Of a stretch of 64,000 bases of DNA, positions 15,701 through 33,000 are shown piece after piece. This DNA comes from Eledone cirrhosa (Eukaryota): the NCBI GenBank assembly GCA_964016885.1, contig OZ024740.1:34596001-34660000 (forward strand), read 5' to 3'. The notes beneath the pieces are model-generated. The model was not told where the DNA came from and did no database searches. It was given only the letters and a program-made list of their open reading frames with translations. Both the position numbers and the translations under genes were made by a program. The first letter of the stretch is position 1, and each line of letters begins with the position of its first letter.

Positions 15701-18700
15701 CATTTCACACTAATATATGTGTGTTGTACCCTTTATCTGTTATATAGACTTCACAACACTGTCACAACTAATATATCTGTATAGTACCCTTTATCTGTTA
15801 TATAGACTTCACAACACTGTCACAACTAATATATCTGTATAGTACCCTTTATCTGTTATATAGACTTCACAACACTGTCATAATTAATATATCTGTATTT
15901 GTACACTTAATCTGTTATATAAACTTCACAACACTGTCACAACTAATATATCTGTATTGTACCCTTTATCTGTTATATAGACTTCACAACACTGTCACAC
16001 TAATATAGCTGTATTGTACCCTTTATCTGTTACATAGACTTCACAACATTGTCACACTAATATATCTGTATTCTACCCTTTATCTGTTATATAGACTTCA
16101 CAACACTGTTACAACTAATATATCTGTATTGTTCCCTTTATCTGTTATATAGACTTCACAACACTGTCACAACTAATATATCTGTATTGTACCCTTTATC
16201 TGTTATATAGACTTCATGACATTGTCACACTAATATATCTGTATTGTACCCTTTATCTGTTATATAGACTTCACAACACTGTCACAACTAATATATCTGT
16301 ATTGTACCCTTTATCTGTTATATAGACTTCACAACACTGTCACAACTAATATATCTGTATTGTACCCTTTATCTGTTATATAGACTTCACAACACTGTCA
16401 CAACTAATATATCTGTATTGTACCCTTTATCTGTTATATAGACTTCACAACATTTCACACTAATATATGTGTGTTGTACCCTTTATCTGTTATATAGACT
16501 TCACAACACTGTCACAACTAATATATCTGTATAGTACCCTTTATCTGTTATATAGACTTCACAACATTGTCACACTAATATATCTGTATTGTACCCTTTA
16601 TCTGTTATATAGACTTCACAACACTGTCACAACTAATATATCTGTATAGTACCCTTTATCTGTTATATAGACTTCACAACACTGTCACAACTAATATATC
16701 TGTATTGTACACTTAATCTGTTATATAAACTTCACAACACTGTCACAACTAATATATCTGTATAGTACCCTTTATCTGTTATATAGACTTCACAACACTG
16801 TCACAACAAATATATCTGTATAGTACCCTTTATCTGTTATATAGACTTCACAACACTGTCACAACTAATATATCTGTATTGTACCCTTTATCTGTTATAT
16901 AGACTTCACAACACTGTCACAATTAATATATCTGTATTGTACACTTTATCTGTTATATAGACTTCACAACACTGTCACACTAATATATCTGTATTGTACC
17001 CTTTATCCGTTATATAGACTTCACAACACTGTCACAACTAATATATCTGTATTGTACCCTTTATCTGTTATATAGACTTCACAACACTGTCACAACTAAT
17101 ATATCTGTATTGTACCCTTTATCTGTTATATAGACTTCACAACATTTCACACTAATATATGTGTATTGTACCCTTTATCTGTTATATAGACTTCACAACA
17201 CTGTCACAACTAATATATCTGTATTGTACACTTAATCTGTTATATAAACTTCACAACACTGTCACAACTAATATATCTGTATAGTACCCTTTATCTGTTA
17301 TATAGACTTCACAACACTGTCACAACAAATATATCTGTATAGTACCCTTTATCTGTTATATAGACTTCACAACACTGTCACAACTAATATATCTGTATTG
17401 TACCCTTTATCTGTTATATAGACTTCACAACACTGTCACACTAATATATCTGTATTGTACCCTTTATCTGTTATATAGACTTCACAACACTGTCACAACT
17501 AATATATCTGTATTGTACCCTTTATCTGTTATATAGACTTCACAACACTGTCACAACTAATATATCTGTATTGTACCCTTTATCTGTTATATAGACTTCA
17601 CAACATTGTCACACTAATATATCTGTATTGTACCCTTTATCTGTTATATAGACTTCACAACACTGTTACAACTAATATATCTGTATTGTACCCTTTATCT
17701 GTTATATAAACTTCACAACACTGTCACAACTAATATATCTGTATTGAACCCTTTATCTGTTATATAGACTTCACAACACTGTCACAACAAATATATCTGT
17801 ATAGTACCCTTTATCTGTTATATAGACTTCACAACACTGTCATAACTAATGTATCTGTATTGTTCCCTTTATCTGTTATATAGACTTCACAACACTGTCA
17901 CACTAATATATCTGTATTGTACCCTTTATCTGTTATATAGACTTCACTACACTGTCACACTAATATATCTGTATTGTACCCTTTATCTGTTATATAGACT
18001 TCACAACATTGTCACACTAATATATCTGTATTGTACCCTTTATCTGTTATATAGACTTCAAAACACTGTCACAACTTATATATCTGTATAGTACCCTTTA
18101 TCTGTTATATAGACTTCACAACACTGTCACAACTAATATATCTGTATTGTACCCTTTATCTGTTATATAGGCTTCACAACACTGTCACACTAATATATCT
18201 GTAATGTACACTTTATCTGTTATATACACTTCACAACACTGTCACAACTAATATATCTTTATAGTACCCTTTAACTGTTATATAGACTTCACAACACTGT
18301 CACAACTAATATATCTGTATTGTACCCTTTATCTGTTATATGGACTTCACAACACTGTCACAACTAATATACCTGTATTGTACCTTTATCTGTTATATAG
18401 ACTTCACAACGTTGTCACACTAATATATCTGTATTGTAACCTTTATCTGTTATATAGACTTCACTACACTGTCACAACTAATATATCTGTATAGTACCCT
18501 TTATCTGTTATATAGACTTCACAACACTGTCACAACTAATATATCTGTATTGTACCCTTTATCTGTTATATAGACTTCACAACACTGTCACAACTAATAT
18601 ATCTGTATAGTACCCTTTATCTGTTATATAGACTTCACAACACTGTCATAACTAATATATCTGTATTTGTACACTTAATCTGTTATATAAACTTCACAAC

Positions 18701-21700
18701 ACTGTCACAACTAATATATCTGTATTGTACCCTTTATCTGTTATATAGACTTCACAACACTGTCACACTAATATAGCTGTATTGTACCCTTTATCTGTTA
18801 CATAGACTTCACAACATTGTCACACTAATATATCTGTATTCTACCCTTTATCTGTTATATAGACTTCACAACACTGTCACAACTAATATATCTGTATTGT
18901 TCCCTTTATCTGTTATATAGACTTCACAACACTGTCACAACTAATATATCTGTATTGTACCCTTTATCTGTTATATAGACTTCACGACATTGTCACACTA
19001 ATATATCTGTATTGTACCCTTTATCTGTTATATAGACTTCACAACACTGTCACAACTAATATATCTGTATTGTACACTTTATCTGTTATATAGACTTCAC
19101 AACACTGTCACACTAATATATCTGTATTGTACCCTTTATCCGTTATATAGACTTCACAACACTGTCACAACTAATATATCTGTATTGTACCCTTTATCTG
19201 TTATATAGACTTCACAACACTGTCACAACTAATATATCTGTATTGTACCCTTTATCTGTTATATAGACTTCACAACATTTCACACTAATATATGTGTATT
19301 GTACCCTTTATCTGTTATATAGACTTCACAACACTGTCACAACTAATATATCTGTATTGTACACTTAATCTGTTATATAAACTTCACAACACTGTCACAA
19401 CTAATATATCTGTATAGTACCCTTTATCTGTTATATAGACTTCACAACACTGTCACAACAAATATATCTGTATAGTACCCTTTATCTGTTATATAGACTT
19501 CACAACACTGTCACAACTAATATATCTGTATTGTACCCTTTATCTGTTATATAGACTTCACAACACTGTCACACTAATATATCTGTATTGTACCCTTTAT
19601 CTGTTATATAGACTTCACAACACTGTCACAACTAATATATCTGTATTGTACCCTTTATCTGTTATATAGACTTCACAACACTGTCACAACTAATATATCT
19701 GTATTGTACCCTTTATCTGTTATATAGACTTCACAACATTGTCACACTAATATATCTGTATTGTACCCTTTATCTGTTATATAGACTTCACAACACTGTT
19801 ACAACTAATATATCTGTATTGTACCCTTTATCTGTTATATAAACTTCACAACACTGTCACAACTAATATATCTGTATTGAACCCTTTATCTGTTATATAG
19901 ACTTCACAACACTGTCACAACAAATATATCTGTATAGTACCCTTTATCTGTTATATAGACTTCACAACACTGTCATAACTAATGTATCTGTATTGTTCCC
20001 TTTATCTGTTATATAGACTTCACAACACTGTCACACTAATATATCTGTATTGTACCCTTTATCTGTTATATAGACTTCACTACACTGTCACACTAATATA
20101 TCTGTATTGTACCCTTTATCTGTTATATAGACTTCACAACATTGTCACACTAATATATCTGTATTGTACCCTTTATCTGTTATATAGACTTCAAAACACT
20201 GTCACAACTTATATATCTGTATAGTACCCTTTATCTGTTATATAGACTTCACAACACTGTCACAACTAATATATCTGTATTGTACCCTTTATCTGTTATA
20301 TAGGCTTCACAACACTGTCACACTAATATATCTGTAATGTACACTTTATCTGTTATATACACTTCACAACACTGTCACAACTAATATATCTTTATAGTAC
20401 CCTTTAACTGTTATATAGACTTCACAACACTGTCACAACTAATATATCTGTATTGTACCCTTTATCTGTTATATGGACTTCACAACACTGTCACAACTAA
20501 TATACCTGTATTGTACCTTTATCTGTTATATAGACTTCACAACGTTGTCACACTAATATATCTGTATTGTAACCTTTATCTGTTATATAGACTTCACTAC
20601 ACTGTCACAACTAATATATCTGTATAGTACCCTTTATCTGTTATATAGACTTCACAACACTGTCACAACTAATATATCTGTATTGTACCCTTTATCTGTT
20701 ATATAGACTTCACAACACTGTCACAACTAATATATCTGTATAGTACCCTTTATCTGTTATATAGACTTCACAACACTGTCATAACTAATATATCTGTATT
20801 TGTACACTTAATCTGTTATATAAACTTCACAACACTGTCACAACTAATATATCTGTATTGTACCCTTTATCTGTTATATAGACTTCACAACACTGTCACA
20901 CTAATATAGCTGTATTGTACCCTTTATCTGTTACATAGACTTCACAACATTGTCACACTAATATATCTGTATTCTACCCTTTATCTGTTATATAGACTTC
21001 ACAACACTGTCACAACTAATATATCTGTATTGTTCCCTTTATCTGTTATATAGACTTCACAACACTGTCACAACTAATATATCTGTATTGTACCCTTTAT
21101 CTGTTATATAGACTTCACGACATTGACACACTAATATATCTGTATTGTACCCTTTATCTGTTATATAGACTTCACAACACTGTCACAACTAATATATCTG
21201 TATTGTACCCTTTATCTGTTATATAGACTTCACAACACTGTCACAACTAATATATCTGTATTGTACCCTTTATCTGTTATATAGACTTCACAACACTGTC
21301 ACAACTAATATATCTGTATTGTACCCTTTATCTGTTATATAGACTTCACAACATTTCACACTAATATATGTGTGTTGTACCCTTTATCTGTTACATAGAC
21401 TTCACAACACTGTCACAACTAATATATCTGTATAGTACCCTTTATCTGTTATATAGACTTCACAACATTGTCACACTAATATATCTGTATTGTACCCTTT
21501 ATCTGTTATATAGACTTCAAAACACTGTCACAACTAATATATCTGTATTGTACCCTTTATCTGTTATATAGACTTCACAACACTGTCACAACTAATATAT
21601 CTGTATTGTACCCTTTATCTGTTATATAGGCTTCACAACACTGTCACACTAATATATCTGTAATGTACACTTTATCTGTTATATACACTTCACAACACTG

Positions 21701-24100
21701 TCACAACTAATATATCTTTATAGTACCCTTTAACTGTTATATAGACTTCACAACACTGTCACAACTAATATATCTGTATTGTACCCTTTATCTGTTATAT
21801 GGACTTCACAACACTGTCACAACTAATAAACCTGTATTGTACCTTTATCTGTTATATAGACTACACAACGTTGTCACACTAATATATCTGTATTGTACCC
21901 TTTATCTGTTATATAGACTTCACAACATTTCACACTAATATATGTGTGTTGTACCCTTTATCTGTTATATAGACTTCACAACACTGTCACAACTAATATA
22001 TCTGTATAGTACCCTTTATCTGTTATATAGACTTCACAACACTGTCACAACTAATATATCTGTATAGTACCCTTTATCTGTTATATAGACTTCACAACAC
22101 TGTCATAACTAATATATCTGTATTTGTACACTTAATCTGTTATATAAACTTCACAACACTGTCACAACTAATATATCTGTATTGTACCCTTTATCTGTTA
22201 TATAGACTTCACAACACTGTCACACTAATATAGCTGTATTGTACCCTTTATCTGTTACATAGACTTCACAACATTGTCACACTAATATATCTGTATTCTA
22301 CCCTTTATCTGTTATATAGACTTCACAACACTGTTACAACTAATATATCTGTATTGTTCCCTTTATCTGTTATATAGACTTCACAACACTGTCACAACTA
22401 ATATATCTGTATTGTACCCTTTATCTGTTATATAGACTTCATGACATTGTCACACTAATATATCTGTATTGTACCCTTTATCTGTTATATAGACTTCACA
22501 ACACTGTCACAACTAATATATCTGTATTGTACCCTTTATCTGTTATATAGACTTCACAACACTGTCACAACTAATATATCTGTATTGTACCCTTTATCTG
22601 TTATATAGACTTCACAACACTGTCACAACTAATATATCTGTATTGTACCCTTTATCTGTTATATAGACTTCACAACATTTCACACTAATATATGTGTGTT
22701 GTACCCTTTATCTGTTATATAGACTTCACAACACTGTCACAACTAATATATCTGTATAGTACCCTTTATCTGTTATATAGACTTCACAACATTGTCACAC
22801 TAATATATCTGTATTGTACCCTTTATCTGTTATATAGACTTCAAAACACTGTCACAACTTATATATCTGTATAGTACCCTTTATCTGTTATATAGACTTC
22901 ACAACACTGTCACAACTAACATATCTGTATTGTACCCTTTATCTGTTATATAGGCTTCACAACACTGTCACACTAATATATCTGTAATGTACACTTTATC
23001 TGTTATATACACTTCACAACACTGTCACAACTAATATATCTTTATAGTACCCTTTAACTGTTATATAGACTTCACAACACTGTCACAACTAATATATCTG
23101 TATTGTACTCTTTATCTGTTATATGGACTTCACAACACTGTCACAACTAATAAACCTGTATTGTACCTTTATCTGTTATATAGACTTCACAACGTTGTCA
23201 CACTAATATATCTGTATTGTAACCTTTATCTGTTATATAGACTTCACTACACTGTCACAACTAATATATCTGTATAGTACCCTTTATCTGTTATATAGAC
23301 TTCACAACACTGTCACAACTAATATATCTGTATTGTACCCTTTATCTGTTATATAGACTTCACAACACTGTCACAACTAATATATCTGTATAGTACCCTG
23401 TATCTGTTATATAGACTTCACAACACTGTCATAACTAATATATCTGTATTTGTACACTTAATCTGTTATATAAACTTCACAACACTGTCACAACTAATAT
23501 ATCTGTATTGTACCCTTTATCTGTTATATAGACTTCACAACACTGTCACACTAATATAGCTGTATTGTACCCTTTATCTGTTACATAGACTTCACAACAT
23601 TGTCACACTAATATATCTGTATTCTACCCTTTATCTGTTATATAGACTTCACAACACTGTCACAACTAATATATCTGTATTGTTCCCTTTATCTGTTATA
23701 TAGACTTCACAACACTGTCACAACTAATATATCTGTATTGTACCCTTTATCTGTTATATAGACTTCACGACATTGTCACACTAATATATCTGTATTGTAC
23801 CCTTTATCTGTTATATAGACTTCACAACACTGTCACAACTAATATATCTGTATTGTACCCTTTATCTGTTATATAGACTTCACAACACTGTCACAACTAA
23901 TATATCTGTATTGTACCCTTTATCTGTTATATAAGCTTCACAACACTGTCACAACTAATATATCTGTATTGTACCCTTTATCTGTTATATAGACTTCACA
24001 ACATTTCACACTAATATATGTGTGTTGTACCCTTTATCTGTTATATAGACTTCACAACACTGTCACAACTAATATATCTGTATAGTACCCTTTATCTGTT
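12800..24100. repeat. Nested higher-order repeats in the 58-bp array (offsets 6225, 4092, 2133 and 1324 bp)
   Basis: Identical or near-identical spurious ORFs act as markers: 13757/17849/19982, 15143/21368, 16467/22692 and 15143/16467. Shared rare variants include ataggcttc, tttaactg, caacgttg and gtatttgtac. Boundaries are approximate. Confidence 0.85.
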
Positions 24101-24444
24101 ATATAGACTTCACAACACTGTCACAACTAATATATCTGTATTGTACCCTTTATCTGTTATATAGACTTCACAACACTGTCACAACTAATATATCTGTATA
24201 GTACCCTTTATCTGTTATATAGACTTCACAACACTGTCACAACTAATATATCTGTATTGTACACTTAATCTGTTATATAAACTTCACAACACTGTCACAA
24301 CTAATATATCTGTATAGTACCCTTTATCTGTTATATAGACTTCACAACACTGTCACAACAAATATATCTGTATAGTAACCTTTATCTGTTATATAGACTT
24401 CACAACACTGTCACAACTAATATATCTGTATTGTACCCTTTATC

Positions 24445-27400
24445 TGTTATATAGACTTCACAACACTGTCACACTAATATATCTGTATTGTACCCTTTAT
24501 CTGTTATATAGACTTCACAACATTGTCACACTAATATATCTGTATTGTACACTTTATCTGTTATATAGACTTCACAACACTGTCACAACTAATATATCTG
24601 TATTGTACCCTTTATCTGTTATATAGACTTCACAACACTGTCACAACTAATATATCTGTATTGTACCCTTTATCTGTTATATAGACTTCACAACACTGTC
24701 ACAACTAATATATCTGTATTGTACACTTTATCTGTTATATAGACTTCACAACACTGTCACACTAATATATCTGTATTGTACCCTTTATCTGTTATATAGA
24801 CTTCACAACACTGTCACAACTAATATATCTGTATTGTACCCTTTATCTGTTATATAGACTTCACAACACTGTCACAACTAATATATCTGTATTGTACCCT
24901 TTATCTGTTATATAGACTTCACAACACTGTCACACTAATATATCTGTATTGTACCCTTTATCTGTTATATAGACTTCACAACATTGTCACACTAATATAT
25001 CTGTATTGTACCCTTTATCTGTTATATAGACTTCAAAACACTGTCACAACTAATATATCTGTATAGTACCCTTTATCTGTTATATAGACTTCACAACACT
25101 GTCACAACTAATATATCTGTATTGTACCCTTTATCTGTTATATAGACTTCACAACACTGTCACAACTAATATATCTGTATAGTCCCCTTTATCTGTTATA
25201 TAGACTTCACAACACTGTCACAACTAATATATCTGTATTGTACACTTAATCTGTTATATAAACTTCACAACACTGTCACAACTAATATATCTGTATAGTA
25301 CCCTTTATCTGTTATATAGACTTCACAACACTGTCGCAACAAATATATCTGTATAGTACCCTTTATCTGTTATATAGACTTCACAACACCGTCACAACTA
25401 ATATATCTGTGTTGTAGCCTTTATCTGTTATATAGACTTCACAACATTGTCACACTAATATATCTGTATTGTAACCTTTATCTGTTATATAGACTTCACA
25501 ACACTGTCTCACTAATATATCTGTATTGTACCCTTTATCTGTTATATAGACTTCACAACACTGTCACAACTAATATATCGTTATTGTACACTTCCTCCGT
25601 TATATACATCTCACAGCCCTCTCACAACGAATAAATCTCTACTGTACACTTTATCTGTTATATACACTTCCCAACACTGTCACAACTAATATATCTGTAC
25701 TGTACACTTTATCTGTTATATACACTTCACAACATTGTCATGACTAATATATCTATATTGTATACATTATTTGTTATATACAACTCACAACACTGTCACA
25801 ACTAATATATCCGTATTGTACACTTAATCTGTTATATACACTTCACATCATTGTCACAACTAATATATCTATACTGTACATTTTATCTGTTATATACACC
25901 TCACAACACTGTCACAACTAATATATCCGTATTGTACACTTAATCCGCTATATACACTTCACAACACTGTCACTACTAATATATCTGTATTGTACGCTTT
26001 ATCTGTTATATACACATCACAGAACTGTCACAACTAATACATCTCATTTGTACACTTTATCTGTTATATACACTTCACAACACTGTCACAACTAATATAT
26101 ATGTACTGTACACTTTATCTGTTATATACACTACACAACTCTGTCACAACTAATATACCTGTATTGTACACATTATCTGTTATATACACTTCACAACACT
26201 GTCACAACTAATATACCTATATTATACAGTTTATCTGTCATATACACTTCACAACACTGTCACAACTAATATATCCGTATTGTACACTTTATCCGTTATA
26301 TACACTTCACAACATTGTAACAACATATATATTCGCATTGTACAATTTATCTGTTATATACAACTCACAACACTGTCACAACTAATATATTTATATTGTA
26401 CCCTTTAACTGTTATATACACGTCACAACACTGTCACAGCTAATATAAGTATATCGTACATGTTACTTGTTATATACACATCACTGTCAGAACTAATATA
26501 TCTCTACTGTACACATTATCGGTTTTATATACCTCACAACTAATATATGTGTATTGTAAACTTTATATGTTATATACACTTCACAAAACTGTTACAACTA
26601 ATATATCTGTATTGTACACATTACCTGTTATATACACCTTACAACACTGTCACAACTAATATATCTGTATTGTACACTTTATCTGTTATATACACATGAG
26701 AACACTGTCTCAACTAATATATCTATATTGTAACCTTTATCTGTTTTATATATCTCACAACACTGTCACAACTAATATATCTATATTGTACACTTTATCT
26801 GTTATATACACCTCACAACACTGTCGCAACTAATATATCTGTATTGTACACGTTATCTGCTATATACACTTCACAACACTGTCACAACACATATATTCGT
26901 ATTGTACATATTATCTGTTATATACACCTCACAACACTGTCACAAGTAATATATTTATATTGTACACTTTATCTGTTATATACACGTCACAACACTGTCA
27001 CAACTAATATATCTCTACTGTACACTTTATCGGTTATATACACCTCACAACTAATATATGTATATTGTAAACTTTATATGTTATATACACTTCACAACAC
27101 TGTTACAACTAATATATCTGTATTGTACACTTTACCTGTTATATACACCTCACAACACTGTCACAACTAATATATCTATATTGTACACTTTATCTGTTAT
27201 ATACACCTCACAACACTGTCGCAACTAATATATCTATATTGTACACTTTATCTGTTATATAGACTTCACAACACTGTCACACTAATATATCTGTATTGTA
27301 CCCTTTATCTGTTATATAGACTTCACAACATTGTCACACTAATATATCTGTATTGTACACTTTATCTGTTATATAGACTTCACAACACTGTCACAACTAA

Positions 27401-30060
27401 TATATCTGTATTGTACCCTTTATCTGTTATATAGACTTCACAACACTGTCACAACTAATATATCTGTATTGTACCCTTTATCTGTTATATAGACTTCACA
27501 ACACTGTCACAACTAATATATCTGTATTGTACACTTTATCTGTTATATAGACTTCACAACACTGTCACACTAATATATCTGTATTGTACCCTTTATCTGT
27601 TATATAGACTTCACAACACTGTCACAACTAATATATCTGTATTGTACCCTTTATCTGTTATATAGACTTCACAACACTGTCACAACTAATATATCTGTAT
27701 TGTACCCTTTATCTGTTATATAGACTTCACAACACTGTCACACTAATATATCTGTATTGTACCCTTTATCTGTTATATAGACTTCACAACATTGTCACAC
27801 TAATATATCTGTATTGTACCCTTTATCTGTTATATAGACTTCAAAACACTGTCACAACTAATATATCTGTATAGTACCCTTTATCTGTTATATAGACTTC
27901 ACAACACTGTCACAACTAATATATCTGTATTGTACCCTTTATCTGTTATATAGACTTCACAACACTGTCACAACTAATATATCTGTATAGTCCCCTTTAT
28001 CTGTTATATAGACTTCACAACACTGTCACAACTAATATATCTGTATTGTACACTTAATCTGTTATATAAACTTCACAACACTGTCACAACTAATATATCT
28101 GTATAGTACCCTTTATCTGTTATATAGACTTCACAACACTGTCGCAACAAATATATCTGTATAGTACCCTTTATCTGTTATATAGACTTCACAACACCGT
28201 CACAACTAATATATCTGTGTTGTAGCCTTTATCTGTTATATAGACTTCACAACATTGTCACACTAATATATCTGTATTGTAACCTTTATCTGTTATATAG
28301 ACTTCACAACACTGTCACACTAATATATCTGTATTGTACCCTTTATCTGTTATATAGACTTCACAACACTGTCACAACTAATATATCGTTATTGTACACT
28401 TCCTCCGTTATATACATCTCACAGCCCTCTCACAACGAATAAATCTCTACTGTACACTTTATCTGTTATATACACTTCCCAACACTGTCACAACTAATAT
28501 ATCTGTACTGTACACTTTATCTGTTATATACACTTCACAACATTGTCATGACTAATATATCTATATTGTATACATTATTTGTTATATACAACTCACAACA
28601 CTGTCACAACTAATATATCCGTATTGTACACTTAATCTGTTATATACACTTCACATCATTGTCACAACTAATATATCTATACTGTACATTTTATCTGTTA
28701 TATACACCTCACAACACTGTCACAACTAATATATCCGTATTGTACACTTAATCCGCTATATACACTTCACAACACTGTCACTACTAATATATCTGTATTG
28801 TACGCTTTATCTGTTATATACACATCACAGAACTGTCACAACTAATACATCTCATTTGTACACTTTATCTGTTATATACACTTCACAACACTGTCACAAC
28901 TAATATATATGTACTGTACACTTTATCTGTTATATACACTACACAACTCTGTCACAACTAATATACCTGTATTGTACACATTATCTGTTATATACACTTC
29001 ACAACACTGTCACAACTAATATACCTATATTATACAGTTTATCTGTCATATACACTTCACAACACTGTCACAACTAATATATCCGTATTGTACACTTTAT
29101 CCGTTATATACACTTCACAACATTGTAACAACATATATATTCGCATTGTACAATTTATCTGTTATATACAACTCACAACACTGTCACAACTAATATATTT
29201 ATATTGTACCCTTTAACTGTTATATACACGTCACAACACTGTCACAGCTAATATAAGTATATCGTACATGTTACTTGTTATATACACATCACTGTCAGAA
29301 CTAATATATCTCTACTGTACACATTATCGATTTTATATACCTCACAACTAATATATGTGTATTGTAAACTTTATATGTTATATACACTTCACAAAACTGT
29401 TACAACTAATATATCTGTATTGTACACATTACCTGTTATATACACCTTACAACACTGTCACAACTAATATATCTGTATTGTACACTTTATCTGTTATATA
29501 CACATGAGAACACTGTCTCAACTAATATATCTATATTGTAACCTTTATCTGTTTTATATATCTCACAACACTGTCACAACTAATATATCTATATTGTACA
29601 CTTTATCTGTTATATACACCTCACAACACTGTCGCAACTAATATATCTGTATTGTACACGTTATCTGCTATATACACTTCACAACACTGTCACAACACAT
29701 ATATTCGTATTGTACATATTATCTGTTATATACACCTCACAACACTGTCACAAGTAATATATTTATATTGTACACTTTATCTGTTATATACACGTCACAA
29801 CACTGTCACAACTAATATATCTCTACTGTACACTTTATCGGTTATATACACCTCACAACTAATATATGTATATTGTAAACTTTATATGTTATATACACTT
29901 CACAACACTGTTACAACTAATATATCTGTATTGTACACTTTACCTGTTATATACACCTCACAACACTGTCACAACTAATATATCTATATTGTACACTTTA
30001 TCTGTTATATACACCTCACAACACTGTCGCAACTAATATATCTATATTGTACACTTTATC
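24445..30060. repeat. 2808-bp tandem duplication spanning the young/old domain junction
   Basis: The junction monomer (tatcgttattgtacacttcctcc) has its CG at 25579 and 28387. Identical 108-aa pseudo-ORFs start at 26844 and 29652. The first 'agac' of each unit lies at 24453 and 27261. Confidence 0.92.
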
Positions 30061-33000
30061 TGTTATATACACCTCACAGCACTTTCACAACAAATACATT
30101 TCTTCTGTACACTTTATCTGTTATTTACAATTCACACACTGTCACAACTAATATATCCGTATTGTACACATTATCCGTTATATACACTTCACAACACTGT
30201 CACAACTAATATATCTATATCGTACACTTTACCTGTTATATACACCTCACAACACTGTCACAACTAATATATCTCTCTTGTACACGTTATCTTTTATATA
30301 CACATCACAACACTGTCACAACATATATATTCGCATTGTACACTTTATCTGTTATATACACCTCACAACACTGTTACAACTAATATATTTATGTTGTATA
30401 TTTTACCTGTTCTATACACATCACAACACTGTCATAACTAATATATCTCTACTTTACACTTTATCGGTTATATACACCTCACAACTAATATATGTACATT
30501 GTAAATTTATGTTATATACACCTCACAACACTATCACAACTAATATATCTATATTGTACACATTATCTGTTATATACACTTCACAACACTGTCACAACTA
30601 ATATATCTGTATTGTACACTTAATCTGTTATATAAACTTTACAACACTGTCACAACTAATATATCTGTATTGTAAACTTTACCTGTTATATACACTTTAC
30701 AACATTGTCACAACTAATATATCTATACTGTACGATTTACCCGTATATACACCTCACAACACTGTCACAATTAATATATCTATATTGTATATTTTATCTG
30801 TTACATATTTTCAGAACACTGTCACAACAAATATATATATTGTACACTTTATCTGTTATATACACCTCACAGCACTATCACAACTAATACATCTCTTCTG
30901 TACATTTCATCTGTTTTATACACTTCATAACACTGTCACAACTAATATATCTGTACTGTACACTTTATCTGTTATTTACTCTTCACAACACTGTCACAAC
31001 TAATATAACTGTATTGTACACTTTATCTGTTATATACACTTCAGAACACTGTTACAACTAATATATCTCTACTGTACACCTTATCTGTTATATACACCTC
31101 ACAACACTGTCGCAACTAATATACCTATATTGTACACTTTATCTGTTATATATACCTCACAACACTGTCTCAACTAATATATCTATATTGTACACTTTAC
31201 CTGTTATATACACCTCACAGCACCGCCACAACTAATACATATCGACGGTACACTTTATCTGTTATATACACTTCCCAACACTGTCACAACTAATATATCT
31301 ATATTGCACACTTTATCTGTTATATACACTTCCCAAAACTGTCACAACTAATATATTTCAACTGTACCCTTTATCTGTTATATACACTTCACAACATTGT
31401 CATAAGTAATATATCTGCATTGTACACTTTACCTGTTATATACACTTCACAACACTGTCACAACTAATATATCTATATTGTACAATCGTCCTGTTATATA
31501 CACATCACAACACTGTCACAACTAATATATCTATATTGTACACTTTATCTGTTATATACACTTCACAACACTGTTACAAATAATATATCTGTATTTTACA
31601 CTTAATCTGTTATATAAACCTTACAACACTGTCACAACTAATATATCTGTATTGTACACTTTATCTGTTATATACACCTCACAACACTGTCACTATTAAT
31701 ATATCTATATTGTACACTTTATCTGTTATATACACCTCACAACACTTTCACAACAAATACATTTCTTCTGTACACTTTTTCTGTTATTTACACTTCACAC
31801 ACTGTCACAACTAATATATCCGTATTGTACACATTATCTTTTATATACACTTCACAACACTGTCACAACTAATATATCTTTATTGTACACTTTACCTGTT
31901 ATATATACCTCAAAACACTGTCACAACTAATATATCTCTACTGTACACTTTATCTGTTATATACACCTCACAACATATATATCTATATTGTACACTTTAT
32001 CTATTATATACACTTCACAACACTGTCACAACTAATATATCTATATTGTACACTTTAAATGTTATATAACCACGCAACATTGTCACAACTAATATATCTA
32101 TAATATACACTTTATCTGTTATATACACGTCACAACACTGTCACAACTAATATATCTATATTGTACACTTTATTTGTAATATACACTTCACTACATTGTC
32201 AGAACCAATATATCTATATTGTACACTTTATCTGTTATATACACTTCACAACACTCTCACAACTAATATATCCGTATTGTAAATTTATCTGGTATATACA
32301 CTTCGCAACACTGTCACAACTAATATATATATATTGTACAATTTAAATGTTATATACACCTCACACCACTGTGACAACTAATATATCTCTACTGTACAAT
32401 TTACCTCTTATATACACTTCACAATATTTTCATAACTAATATATCTATTTTGTACACGTTATCTGTTATATACACTTCACAACATTGTCACAAGTAATAT
32501 ATCTGTATTGTACACTTTATCTGATATATACACTTCACAACACTGTCACAACTAATATATCTATATTGTACACTTTATCTGTTATATACACTTCACAACA
32601 CTGTCACAACTAATATATCCGTATTGTACACTTTATCTGATATATACACTTTACAACACTGTCAAAACTAATATATCTATATTGTACACTTTATTTGTTA
32701 TGTACCCTTCACAACACTGTCACAACTAATATATCTATGTTGTACACATCACCTGATATGTACACTTCACAACACTATCACAACTAATATATCTATATTG
32801 TACACTTTAAATGTTATATAAACCTCACAACACTGTCACAACTAATATATGTGTATTGTACACTTTACCTGTTATATACACCTCACAGCACTGTCACAAC
32901 TAATATATCGATACAATACACTTCATCTGTTATATACATCTCACAACACTGTCACAACTAATATATCAATATTGTACACTATACCTGTTATATACACATC

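Larger units (their letters stand above)
1..25578. repeat. Homogeneous (young) domain of the 58-bp array, subfamily 'gtaccc...tatagacttc'
   Basis: Monomers differ from consensus by only 0-3 recurrent variants (tatag/tattg, cttaatct...taaac, acaaata, 57-nt form). There is an abrupt change at the monomer tatcgttattgtacacttcctccgtt. The same subfamily reappears at about 27253-28386. Confidence 0.93.
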
